From assembly GCA_035625415.1 (NCBI GenBank), contig DASPPQ010000068.1, positions 23,590 to 87,589 on the forward strand: DNA of 64,000 nt, given 5' to 3'. Below are positions 9,820-17,724 of the stretch, one piece after another. The notes under the pieces were generated by a model. That model was not told the origin of the DNA. It was given only the letters and a program-made list of their open reading frames with translations, and made no database searches. The position numbers were made by a program, and so were the translations under genes. The DNA is from Thermodesulfobacteriota bacterium. Lineage in GTDB: Bacteria > Desulfobacterota > BSN033 > UBA1163. Every line of letters begins with the position of its first letter. The first letter of the stretch is position 1.

Positions 9820-10557
9820 ATGCGTAACATAAAACTCCTCATTGAATACGATGGAACGAATTATCAAGGATGGCAGGTCCAGCCAGGAGGGCCGACCATC
9901 CAGGGGACGCTTGAAGAGAAGCTGTCACGGCTTACAGGCGAGAGAATTCGTTTGACTGGTTCCGGGAGAACGGATTCAGGGGTTCATGCCTTAGGCCAGG
10001 TAGCTCACTTCAGGACACAGAGCCAGATGGATATCCGTGCAATCCAGAGAGCACTCAACAGTCTTCTCCCTCCAAATATTGTTATTCAAAAGGTAGATGA
10101 GGTTGACGAAGGTTTTCATGCACGGAAGCATTCGAAAAGCAAGGTCTACGAGTACCGAATTCTCAATCGGAATCTTCGGTCAGTTTTTCACCACGGGTAT
10201 GTATGGCATATTCCTCAGAAGCTGAATTTGACGGAGATGAAGAAGGCGGCTCAGAGTTTGATTGGAGAACATGACTTTTCTGCGTTCCGCACGGTGGGCT
10301 CTCCCACTCGTACAACCATTCGAAGAGTGATTAGGGCGGAATGGAAGAGGGGGCGAGACGGCCTCATACGGTTCGAGGTCGAAGCAAACGGCTTTTTGAA
10401 ACAAATGATGAGGTCCATCGTCGGAACATTAGTCGAGATTGGAAGAGGAAAGATGAACGCTGCCGATTTTCGTAAGATCTTAAATTCCAAGGACAGGAAA
10501 GAAGCAGGCCCCACCGCCCCAGCCCAGGGATTATTCTTGAAAGAAGTGAAGTATTAA
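9820..10557 (+). CDS. truA: tRNA pseudouridine(38-40) synthase TruA
   Basis: N-terminus MRNIKLLIEYDGTNYQGWQVQ, GRTDSGVHALGQV catalytic motif, 245 aa. Confidence 0.85.
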   Translation: MRNIKLLIEYDGTNYQGWQVQPGGPTIQGTLEEKLSRLTGERIRLTGSGRTDSGVHALGQVAHFRTQSQMDIRAIQRALNSLLPPNIVIQKVDEVDEGFHARKHSKSKVYEYRILNRNLRSVFHHGYVWHIPQKLNLTEMKKAAQSLIGEHDFSAFRTVGSPTRTTIRRVIRAEWKRGRDGLIRFEVEANGFLKQMMRSIVGTLVEIGRGKMNAADFRKILNSKDRKEAGPTAPAQGLFLKEVKY

Positions 10558-10595
10558 TTGTGGCGCTTGGTTGACGGTAGATCGCTAATCAATCT

Positions 10596-10620
10596 GTAGG
10601 GCAAGGCTTTAGCCTTGCTC
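10596..10620 (+). repeat. REP-like hairpin (GTAGGG + 8-bp stem + TTTA loop), left flank of RAYT
   Basis: gtagg gcaaggc ttta gccttgc tc. The 5' GTAG is the tetranucleotide recognised by REP-associated tyrosine transposases. Confidence 0.6.
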
Positions 10621-10670
10621 AAAAACTTTACCCGATAAACACGGAAATTATCCACAAAAAACGCGTTCGG

Positions 10671-11101
10671 TTGAAGGGTTTCGATTATACGGGCTTCTTT
10701 CACTACTTCGTCACAATTTGCACTTACAAAAAAGAGCGGGTTTTTAAGAATGATCTTCTTTTTGTTAGCTGGCTAACTGACACTTTGCGAGAAAAGTCAA
10801 GTTCTTTTGGGTTTAGAGTCTGGGCATACTGTTTTATGCCGGACCATCTTCACCTTTTGATAGAGGGCAAAGATAACAGTTCGGACAAGAGGGGATTCAT
10901 CTCCTCACATAAGCAATCTACGAGCTTTTATTATAAAAAGAAAACGGGCCTGTCACTTTGCGCACGCGCTGAGAAGAGGAGAAGATACAACGAATGTTGC
11001 ACGCTATATTTTCAATAATCCAGTTAGAAAGGGCCTAGTGGACAACTTCAAGAAATACAAATCTCTTGGCTTCTTTGGATTTGACTTACTCATGGTATAA
11101 A
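10671..11101 (+). pseudogene. REP-associated tyrosine transposase (RAYT)/IS200-like Y1 transposase, frameshifted and truncated
   Basis: N-terminal frame has the HuH motif PDHLHLLIEG. A C-terminal segment in another frame reads ARYIFNNPVRKGLVDNFKKY, the conserved RAYT tail. The two frames cannot be joined without a frameshift and the middle part is missing. Confidence 0.6.
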
Positions 11102-11121
11102 TTTAGCATGTATTGTTTAAG

Positions 11122-11146
11122 AGCAACCCTAAAGGGTTGCCCTACA
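11122..11146 (-). repeat. REP-like hairpin in inverted orientation, right flank of RAYT
   Basis: Reverse complement is gtagggcaaccctttagggttgctc. This matches the left REP except for compensated stem bases. Confidence 0.6.
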
Positions 11147-11162
11147 AACAGGGATATTGGAC

Positions 11163-12296
11163 CTATATTCTAATCAATTCATATTCCCTTGTGCCCATCC
11201 CGATTTCTTCGGCATAGGCAAGCTGAATACTCCAGTTAACCAGCGGATAAATCGCTCTAAATTTGTCTTCTCCGGGTTTCCAGGCTCCTGTGAGTTTGGA
11301 AGTTCGGTTTCCTTCCTGCCCATTCACCAAATCAACCGACGCCTGATCGATGGCAACCGGGTCCTCGGAAGAAAGGATCCCGATATCGTTGACAATCGGT
11401 GTATCAGAATATCCGTAGCAGTCACAGGCGGGAGAGATTTGAGTGAGAAAGTTTAAGTGAAGCGTCTTTCCCTTTTTCTTCTGGATAACTCCATAGGCAT
11501 ACTCCACCATTTTCTTTTGAAAAATAGGGACGCTCTCGTTCCATTGGATTTCAATAGCCCCTGAAGAACAGGTGAGGATGCATTCTCCGCACCCGATGCA
11601 TTTTTTGGGATCGATAAAGGCAATACCCTGTTTGGTTTCGACCTCCGACTGCGGTGGCCGCATCGAGATGGCTTCCTGTGAGCACCGGCTAAGACAGGCC
11701 TTACATCCCTTGCAGGCTTTGCCCTTGACTTGGGGTGAGATATTTGAATGCTGACTCAGCTTTCCTTCACGGCTGGCGCACCCCATTCCCAGATTCTTCA
11801 AGGCTCCTCCGAACCCGGACAATTCATGACCTTTGAAATGGGTGACCGCAATCAGTCCATCCGCCATATAGATCTCTCGGGCGATGGAGACTGTTTTGAA
11901 AATGGGTTTGTCAATCCGAACCTTGACGGCACTATTGCCTCTCAAACCATCGGCAATCAGGATAGGGGCATTCACGACAGACTCTGTGAACCCGTTTTCA
12001 AAAGCGGTGATTAGATGGGAGACCGCTTCACCCCGAGTTCCAACATAGAGGGTGTTGGCATCGGTTAAGAAAGGCTTCCCTTTATATTGTTTGACTCGAT
12101 CCACCACCCTTCGTAAAAAGATGGGTCGAACAAAGGCCGTATTTCCTTTCTCCCCAAAATGGAGTTTAATCGCCACCAAATCCTTCTCCCGGATCTTTCC
12201 CTTCAGATCAGCCCGATCCAGAAGGATGTCCAATTTGTCCAGGAGGGTTTTCCCGGGTTCAACCCTGAGATCCGAAAAAAAGACAGAACTCTCCAT
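11163..12296 (-). CDS. DUF362 domain protein with 4Fe-4S dicluster insertion (second paralog)
   Basis: 377 aa. CKGCKACLSRC and CIGCGECILTC motifs. Core resembles the protein at 8541-9761. Confidence 0.5.
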   Translation of the reverse strand: MESSVFFSDLRVEPGKTLLDKLDILLDRADLKGKIREKDLVAIKLHFGEKGNTAFVRPIFLRRVVDRVKQYKGKPFLTDANTLYVGTRGEAVSHLITAFENGFTESVVNAPILIADGLRGNSAVKVRIDKPIFKTVSIAREIYMADGLIAVTHFKGHELSGFGGALKNLGMGCASREGKLSQHSNISPQVKGKACKGCKACLSRCSQEAISMRPPQSEVETKQGIAFIDPKKCIGCGECILTCSSGAIEIQWNESVPIFQKKMVEYAYGVIQKKKGKTLHLNFLTQISPACDCYGYSDTPIVNDIGILSSEDPVAIDQASVDLVNGQEGNRTSKLTGAWKPGEDKFRAIYPLVNWSIQLAYAEEIGMGTREYELIRI

Positions 12297-12423
12297 ATCA
12301 GAACCTCTTAAGAAAACATTCTAAGAAAATCGCACTTCTGTGTCAACGATGGCCTGAGGAGGGTTGACTTTTTATTGAGAAAAAAGGTAATTTAATGTAT
12401 TGTTCTGACGGAAAGGAGAAGAG

Positions 12424-14520
12424 ATGAAGCGAGGCGAACCAACCACCATTCGAAACATAGGAACCTTCGGCCACGGCGGTGAAGGGAAGACCTCCTTGGT
12501 TGAGGCCATTCTCCTTGACGTGGGCGAAAATACCCGTCTTGGCCGTGTGGATGATGGTTCCTCGTTGATGGATTTTGAACCGGAAGAAATCAATCGAAAG
12601 ATTAGCATCAGTGCCTCTCTTTCTCATTTTGAGTGGAATAAACATTCGTTTCATATCATTGATACCCCGGGGTATGCCAATTTTATCGCTGAGGCGAAGG
12701 CCTCCATGAGGGTGGTAGATGGGGCCGTCATCGTCGTCAGCGGAAATTCGGGGGTCAAAGTGCAAACCGAGACCGTGTGGGGATACGCCAATGAGTTTCA
12801 AGTCCCACGAATTCTGTATGTCAGCAAAATGGATACGGAACGGGCCAATTTTCTCAAAGTGGTGGATGAGGTGAAAAAGATTTTTCCTTCTCAACCCCCC
12901 GTTCCTGTTCAACTTCCCATCGGAGGAGACGGAAGTTTTAAGGGCATGGTGGATTTGATTCAGAGGAAGGCTTATTTGTATCGTGAAGATGGGAGCGGTC
13001 AATTCGAACTCAAGGACGTCCCTCCGGACATGAAAGAAGGGGTGGAACGGCTTCGCGAGAAGCTGGTCGAGATCGTGGTGGAAATGGACGATCAATTAAT
13101 GGAAAAATACTTGGAGTCGGGAGAGGTTTCCATAGAGGAGATTACCCGGTGTCTTCGAAAGGGAACGATGGAAAGAAAACTGGTTCCTGCCCTTTGCGGC
13201 TCCTCCACCCGAAACATAGGGATGCAACCTTTTCTTGATCTGGCGATCTCCTGCTTTCCTTCACCGTTGGAAAGGGGTCCGGTTCAGGGAAAGAATCCCA
13301 GGACGGGAGAACCTGAAACCCGTGAACCCAAAGAAGATGCACCTTTCTCCGCCTTTGTCTTTAAGACGATCGCCGATCCCTTTGCCGGAAAACTGAGTCT
13401 CTTCAGGGTTTATTCTGGAACGGCGAATGCAGATTCCACTCTCTATAATTCCAAAAAGGATGTGAAGGAGAGAATCGGCCAAATTTTCTTGTTGGAAGGG
13501 AAGAAGCAGAAGCCGGTTGGCTTCGCCGGCGTAGGCGATATTGTGGCGGTTGCCAAATTGAAAGAAACCACGACGGGTGACACCTTCTCCGATGAGAAAA
13601 AGCCCATTGTATTCGAAGAAACGAAACTCCCCCTTCCTGTGATCTCCTACGCGCTAACCCCAAAGAGCAAAGGGGATGAGGACAAGATCACCGCTTCCCT
13701 GGCGCGCATCCACGAAGAAGATCCGACGATGATGTTGGGCCGGGACGAACAGACCGGTGAGATCATTCTCTCCGGTGTGGGCCAGACCCACGTGGAAGTC
13801 ATCGTTGAAAAATTAAAAAGGAAATTCGGGGTGGAGGTCAACCTCAGTGTCCCGAAAGTTCCGTATAAAGAGACGATCCGTGGATCGAAGACCGGAGTGA
13901 TCTATCGGCATAAAAAACAGACGGGGGGCCGGGGGCAGTTTGCTGAAGTCCATTTCGATGTTTCTTCCCTTCCGCGGGGATCGGGGTTCGAATTCGAAAA
14001 TGCCCTCACGGGAATGAACGTTCCAAGGAATTTTGTTCCGGCGGTTGAGAAGGGAATCGCTGAAGCGATGCAAAGCGGCGTCCTGGCTGGCTACCCAGTC
14101 GTGGACGTAAAAGTCCGATTCTACGACGGGAAGTCTCATGAGGTCGACTCCTCAGAGATGGCATTCAAGATCGCTGCGATCATGGCTTTTAAGAAAGGGG
14201 TTCAGGACGCCAACCCAGTGCTTCTTGAGCCCATCATGAAGGTGGTGGTGACGGCGCCGGACGAGAACATCGGTGATGTGATCGGCGACCTCAACAGCCG
14301 CCGGGGAAGAGTTCTAAGAGTCGATTCCAAAGGGAATTATCAAATGATCGAAGCCAATGTCCCGATGTCGGAGATGTTGAAATATGCTCCGGACCTCAAT
14401 TCCAAAACAGGGGGTCGCGGAACCTTTACCATGGAATTCTCCCACTATGAGGAAGTTCCTGCCCAACTGGCGGATAAGGTGATTGCTCAGGCCAAGAAGG
14501 AAAAGGAGAAAGAAGACTAA
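12424..14520 (+). CDS. Elongation factor G paralog (EF-G2-like translational GTPase)
   Basis: 698 aa. P-loop GHGGEGKTS, DTPG, SKMD and the full five-domain EF-G length. Not in the rpsL-rpsG-fusA context. Confidence 0.75.
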   Translation: MKRGEPTTIRNIGTFGHGGEGKTSLVEAILLDVGENTRLGRVDDGSSLMDFEPEEINRKISISASLSHFEWNKHSFHIIDTPGYANFIAEAKASMRVVDGAVIVVSGNSGVKVQTETVWGYANEFQVPRILYVSKMDTERANFLKVVDEVKKIFPSQPPVPVQLPIGGDGSFKGMVDLIQRKAYLYREDGSGQFELKDVPPDMKEGVERLREKLVEIVVEMDDQLMEKYLESGEVSIEEITRCLRKGTMERKLVPALCGSSTRNIGMQPFLDLAISCFPSPLERGPVQGKNPRTGEPETREPKEDAPFSAFVFKTIADPFAGKLSLFRVYSGTANADSTLYNSKKDVKERIGQIFLLEGKKQKPVGFAGVGDIVAVAKLKETTTGDTFSDEKKPIVFEETKLPLPVISYALTPKSKGDEDKITASLARIHEEDPTMMLGRDEQTGEIILSGVGQTHVEVIVEKLKRKFGVEVNLSVPKVPYKETIRGSKTGVIYRHKKQTGGRGQFAEVHFDVSSLPRGSGFEFENALTGMNVPRNFVPAVEKGIAEAMQSGVLAGYPVVDVKVRFYDGKSHEVDSSEMAFKIAAIMAFKKGVQDANPVLLEPIMKVVVTAPDENIGDVIGDLNSRRGRVLRVDSKGNYQMIEANVPMSEMLKYAPDLNSKTGGRGTFTMEFSHYEEVPAQLADKVIAQAKKEKEKED

Positions 14521-14531
14521 TCTGCAAGAAG

Positions 14532-14659
14532 GTCAAATCTCAAATGTCAAAGCCCAAATACCAAAGGAATGCCCAAATATCTTAATGCGAAAATGTCCTT
14601 TCGACATTTAGATTTTGAGCTTTATTTGAACCTTGGACTTTGACATTTGGAATTTTCGG
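14532..14659. repeat. Imperfect palindromic intergenic element with CAAAT arms (family copy C), central 7-bp hairpin
   Basis: ggtcaaatctcaaatgtcaaagcccaaataccaaagg ... ctttggactttgacatttggaattttc. Centre is aaatgtc ctttc gacattt. Confidence 0.55.
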
Positions 14660-14665
14660 TTTAGC

Positions 14666-15127
14666 ATGCGTGCTGTCATCCAAAGGGTAAAATCTGCCCA
14701 GGTTTGTGTGGATGGCCGAGTATCTGGAGAGATTGGAAGAGGCCTTCTGGTGCTCCTCGGTGTGGGAAAGGGGGACGGGGAGAGTGACCTCTCTTTTCTG
14801 ACCTCCAAGATACCTGAACTCAGAATCTTCGAAGACAACTCCGGGAAGTTTAATCTTTCCTTAAAAGAGATAGGTGGAGAGATATTGGTCGTCTCACAGT
14901 TTACTCTTTTCGGCGATTGCCGGAAAGGAAGGAGACCCTCTTTCTCGGAGGCGGAAGAGCCTTCCGCTGCCAAGCATCTTTATGAACAATTTATTCTAAA
15001 ATTGAAGGAAGAAAGCGTTCCGGTCCAGACAGGGAAATTTCAGGCAAAGATGGAGGTTCATCTTATCAACGATGGGCCGGTAACGCTTCTATTGGACAGC
15101 AGACAGAGACAGGGAGATGAATTATGA
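14666..15127 (+). CDS. dtd: D-aminoacyl-tRNA deacylase
   Basis: [33 protein letters not shown] is the canonical Dtd N-terminus. The 11 codons upstream in the ORF track are repeat sequence. Confidence 0.85.
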   Translation: MRAVIQRVKSAQVCVDGRVSGEIGRGLLVLLGVGKGDGESDLSFLTSKIPELRIFEDNSGKFNLSLKEIGGEILVVSQFTLFGDCRKGRRPSFSEAEEPSAAKHLYEQFILKLKEESVPVQTGKFQAKMEVHLINDGPVTLLLDSRQRQGDEL

Positions 15128-16632
15128 GAAGCTATATTTACCTCGCTTTCTTAATCTTTTTTTTCCTCCTCATGGGTTCAACAGCGATTGCCCAGACTCC
15201 TGGGAGGGGTAGGGAGACGGGTATGAAAGAGATCAGGGAGCCAGCTGTCGCAGGAGCATTTTATCCCGATAATCCGGAAGTCCTTTCACGGGACGTGAGG
15301 CGTTATCTTGAAAATGCAAAGGGGGAGAAGCTGGAAGGTGAAATTGTTGCTCTCATCTCACCCCACGCTGGATATATGTATTCCGGCCAGGTGGCAGCCT
15401 ACGCCTATAAACTCATAGAGGGAAAAACGTTTGATTCTGTCGTCGTGGTCGCGCCAAGCCACCGGGCTCTTTTTAAAGGAGTATCCCTTTATGATCGGGG
15501 AGGCTTCCGAACGCCTCTCGGGATAGTCCCCGTGGATGTAGATCTCTCCAAGAAGATGATGGGGCAATGGAAAGAGATTCGATATCTTCCGGAGGCCCAT
15601 TCCCAGGAGCATTCCTTGGAAGTTCAAATTCCTTTCTTACAAGTCGTTTTAAAATCATTTAAACTGGTTCCCATTGTGATGGAGCCCTACTGGAGCTGGG
15701 ATACCTGTCAATCTCTTGCATCCGCTATTGCCGAGGCGGTGAAAGGGAAGAAGGTACTAATGATTGCCAGCTCAGACCTCTCCCATTTTCATTCTTATGA
15801 TGAGGCGGTTAATCTTGACAAGATCGTTCTCAGCTATATCGATCGATTCGATCCGGAAGGATTGAATCGAGACTTGAAGAGCGAGCGTTGCGAAGCCTGT
15901 GGCGGGGGGCCGGTGGTTGCAATCATGTTGGCAGCAAAAATGCTGGGCGCCAATCGTGGAAAAGTCTTAAAATATGCGAATTCCGGTGATGTGACCGGGG
16001 ATCGTAGTCGCGTCGTAGGATATGGGGCTGGAGTTCTTTATAAGGCAGCTGGGGGAAAAGAGAAAATGAAAGATGAAAAGAAGGTCGGCGTCGATTTGGG
16101 GTTGAATCAAGAAGAGAAGAAAACCCTCCTTCATATTGCCAGAACGGTAGTCGAGAATAAGGCGAGAGGGAAGGCCGTCCCAGAATTCAAGATTGGATCG
16201 CCTATTCTAAAGGAAAACAGGGGGGCCTTCGTCACTATTCACAAAAGAGGACAACTGCGGGGTTGCATTGGATACATTGAGGGGCATGGGCCGCTTCACA
16301 AGACCATTGAAGAGATGGCCGAAGCTGCTGCATTTCGCGACCCTCGGTTCGGTCCCGTAAGAGAGAATGAACTTTCAGAGTTGGAGTTTGAGATATCTGT
16401 TCTGACCCCTCTCAAAAAAATTAAGGATGCGAATGAGATTCAGGTTGGGAAGCACGGTATCTATATTAAAAAGGGGTGGTTTTCGGGTCTGCTCCTGCCC
16501 CAGGTGGCGACGGAATACGCCTGGGACCGCCAGACATTTTTGGAGCACACCTGCCAGAAGGCAGGCCTTCCTTCCAATGCCTGGAAGGAAAATGATACTG
16601 AAATCTATATTTTTTCAGCAGACATTTTTTGA
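15124..16632 (+). CDS. Fusion of AmmeMemoRadiSam system protein B (MEMO1-like) and AMMECR1 domain, with N-terminal signal peptide
   Basis: Signal-like [24 protein letters not shown]. Memo motifs AGAFYP and [19 protein letters not shown]-terminal AMMECR1 segment [21 protein letters not shown]...[12 protein letters not shown] overlap with dtd. Confidence 0.7.
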   Translation: MRSYIYLAFLIFFFLLMGSTAIAQTPGRGRETGMKEIREPAVAGAFYPDNPEVLSRDVRRYLENAKGEKLEGEIVALISPHAGYMYSGQVAAYAYKLIEGKTFDSVVVVAPSHRALFKGVSLYDRGGFRTPLGIVPVDVDLSKKMMGQWKEIRYLPEAHSQEHSLEVQIPFLQVVLKSFKLVPIVMEPYWSWDTCQSLASAIAEAVKGKKVLMIASSDLSHFHSYDEAVNLDKIVLSYIDRFDPEGLNRDLKSERCEACGGGPVVAIMLAAKMLGANRGKVLKYANSGDVTGDRSRVVGYGAGVLYKAAGGKEKMKDEKKVGVDLGLNQEEKKTLLHIARTVVENKARGKAVPEFKIGSPILKENRGAFVTIHKRGQLRGCIGYIEGHGPLHKTIEEMAEAAAFRDPRFGPVRENELSELEFEISVLTPLKKIKDANEIQVGKHGIYIKKGWFSGLLLPQVATEYAWDRQTFLEHTCQKAGLPSNAWKENDTEIYIFSADIF

Positions 16633-16648
16633 TCTGTTTACCTTTCCC

Positions 16649-16948
16649 TCATCCGGTCTTGTATATCTGCGCAATGCTGGTTAATCGCGCGGCCAGGTCA
16701 TTAAGGTTCTGAGCTGCTTGATCCACCTGCTGCATGCCTTTCTGCGTTTGGGTCGCCCCTTGATTGATACTCTCCATCCAAAGCCTTTCGGCAGTGGAGC
16801 GCGCACTTCGGCGTGAAGCACGACCTTGGTCGACGACCGATAGGCAATGTCGCCTCTCAGGCAAGCCCTCCGGCAGATGTTGTGAAGAGAAAGTTGTAGA
16901 ATCATTTAACGTTGGCTGTTTTTTATCAGACTGCTTAAAATCAAACAA
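16649..16948 (-). CDS. Hypothetical 99-aa protein; C-terminus resembles a methyl-accepting chemotaxis protein signalling-domain fragment
   Basis: ...ESINQGATQTQKGMQQVDQAAQNLNDLAARLTSIAQ resembles the distal MCP signalling-helix region. No upstream MCP body, so it may be a remnant or a spurious ORF. Confidence 0.25.
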   Translation of the reverse strand: MFDFKQSDKKQPTLNDSTTFSSQHLPEGLPERRHCLSVVDQGRASRRSARSTAERLWMESINQGATQTQKGMQQVDQAAQNLNDLAARLTSIAQIYKTG

Positions 16949-17101
16949 AGCATTTTCTTAAAATGATCATTCAGCGAATATTCCTCCTAATAGAAATCTT
17001 CTCTAACCATTTAATTATCCTAAAGAAACGGAATAATTTCTATCGCCCTTTCAACTGGCATAAGGATTGCTCTATCAATAAATTAAAGACATGCGATTTT
17101 G

Positions 17102-17130
17102 TTGACAATAGGATAGAATTATCATTTAAT
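17102..17130 (+). promoter_or_regulatory. Sigma70-like promoter of kdp leader (TTGACA-17nt-TTTAAT)
   Basis: ttgaca at 17102-17107, 17-nt spacer, tttaat at 17125-17130, in an AT-rich region upstream of the leader. Confidence 0.4.
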
Positions 17131-17139
17131 AATAAATAA

Positions 17140-17291
17140 AAAGGCCGAATTGAAATAAGCGGGGGAACCAGTTTTTAGGGGTGAATTCTAGACATCTAGA
17201 GAGGATATCCCTTAATCCTAACCCGTCAGCTAACTCCGCAGGCGACTAAGGGAGAGAATCGAACGCAGGGGATCCTCCTCTGCTTTTTTTT
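17140..17291 (+). promoter_or_regulatory. Candidate c-di-AMP (ydaO/kimA-class) riboswitch leader with intrinsic terminator, upstream of kdp operon
   Basis: Contains GCGGGGGAACC, GGGGTGAAT and ACCCGTCAGCTAACTCCGCAGGCG, recalled from memory as c-di-AMP riboswitch signature blocks. Ends in hairpin gcagggg-atcct-cctctgc plus T8. Confidence 0.5.
17265..17291 (+). terminator. Rho-independent terminator/attenuator hairpin + T-run in kdp leader
   Basis: 7-bp GC-rich stem (one G-U pair), 5-nt loop, followed by tttttttt. About 195 nt upstream of the first kdp-associated ORF. Confidence 0.6.
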
Positions 17292-17335
17292 GGCATGAAT
17301 ATGACGAATGTGGTGGTGAATGTGGTGAAAAGGGG

Positions 17336-17362
17336 GTAGGGATAACGAATGGTTCGTTTCCC
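17336..17362 (+). repeat. REP-like GTAGGG hairpin (imperfect) in kdp leader
   Basis: gtaggg ataacgaa tgg ttcgtttccc. Preceded by a direct repeat gaatgtggtg x2 (17307-17330). Confidence 0.35.
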
Positions 17363-17486
17363 AAAAATACGGGTTTTTTTGCACTTAAATAAGCGATTCT
17401 ACCTATAGACTCGCTCCTTTTTTATGTGTATGTCTTTTCTATACACCGAAAGGAATTGTTACCGAAATTTTAGGAGGAATCCGGAA

Positions 17487-17582
17487 ATGAACCTTGAGTT
17501 TTGGCTGATAGCGACATTTCTATTGGGCCTTGTAGCAATGGGAATAGTGTACTTATTCTTCATCGCTTGCGAGAAAATTTAA
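17487..17582 (+). CDS. 31-aa hydrophobic peptide with strong RBS (KdpF-like or leader peptide)
   Basis: taggagga is 7 nt upstream of the ATG. MNLEFWLIATFLLGLVAMGIVYLFFIACEKI forms a single predicted TM helix. Not in the ORF track because it is under 60 aa. Confidence 0.35.
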   Translation: MNLEFWLIATFLLGLVAMGIVYLFFIACEKI

Positions 17583-17599
17583 GAGAAGAGGTGATGTTA

Positions 17600-17683
17600 A
17601 TGATGATCTATGTGACAGCGGCTGTGGCGGTATTTTTGTTCGTCTACCTGGTTGCGGCCCTTGTGCGACCCGAATGGTTCTGA
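17600..17683 (+). CDS. kdpF: K+-transporting ATPase subunit F
   Basis: MMIYVTAAVAVFLFVYLVAALVRPEWF (27 aa). Resembles E. coli KdpF ...GYLVYALINAEAF. Directly upstream of kdpA. Confidence 0.65.
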   Translation: MMIYVTAAVAVFLFVYLVAALVRPEWF

Positions 17684-17724
17684 GGGCCGACAGCGGATCC
17701 TGAAAGAGAGAAAGGAGTTAAACA

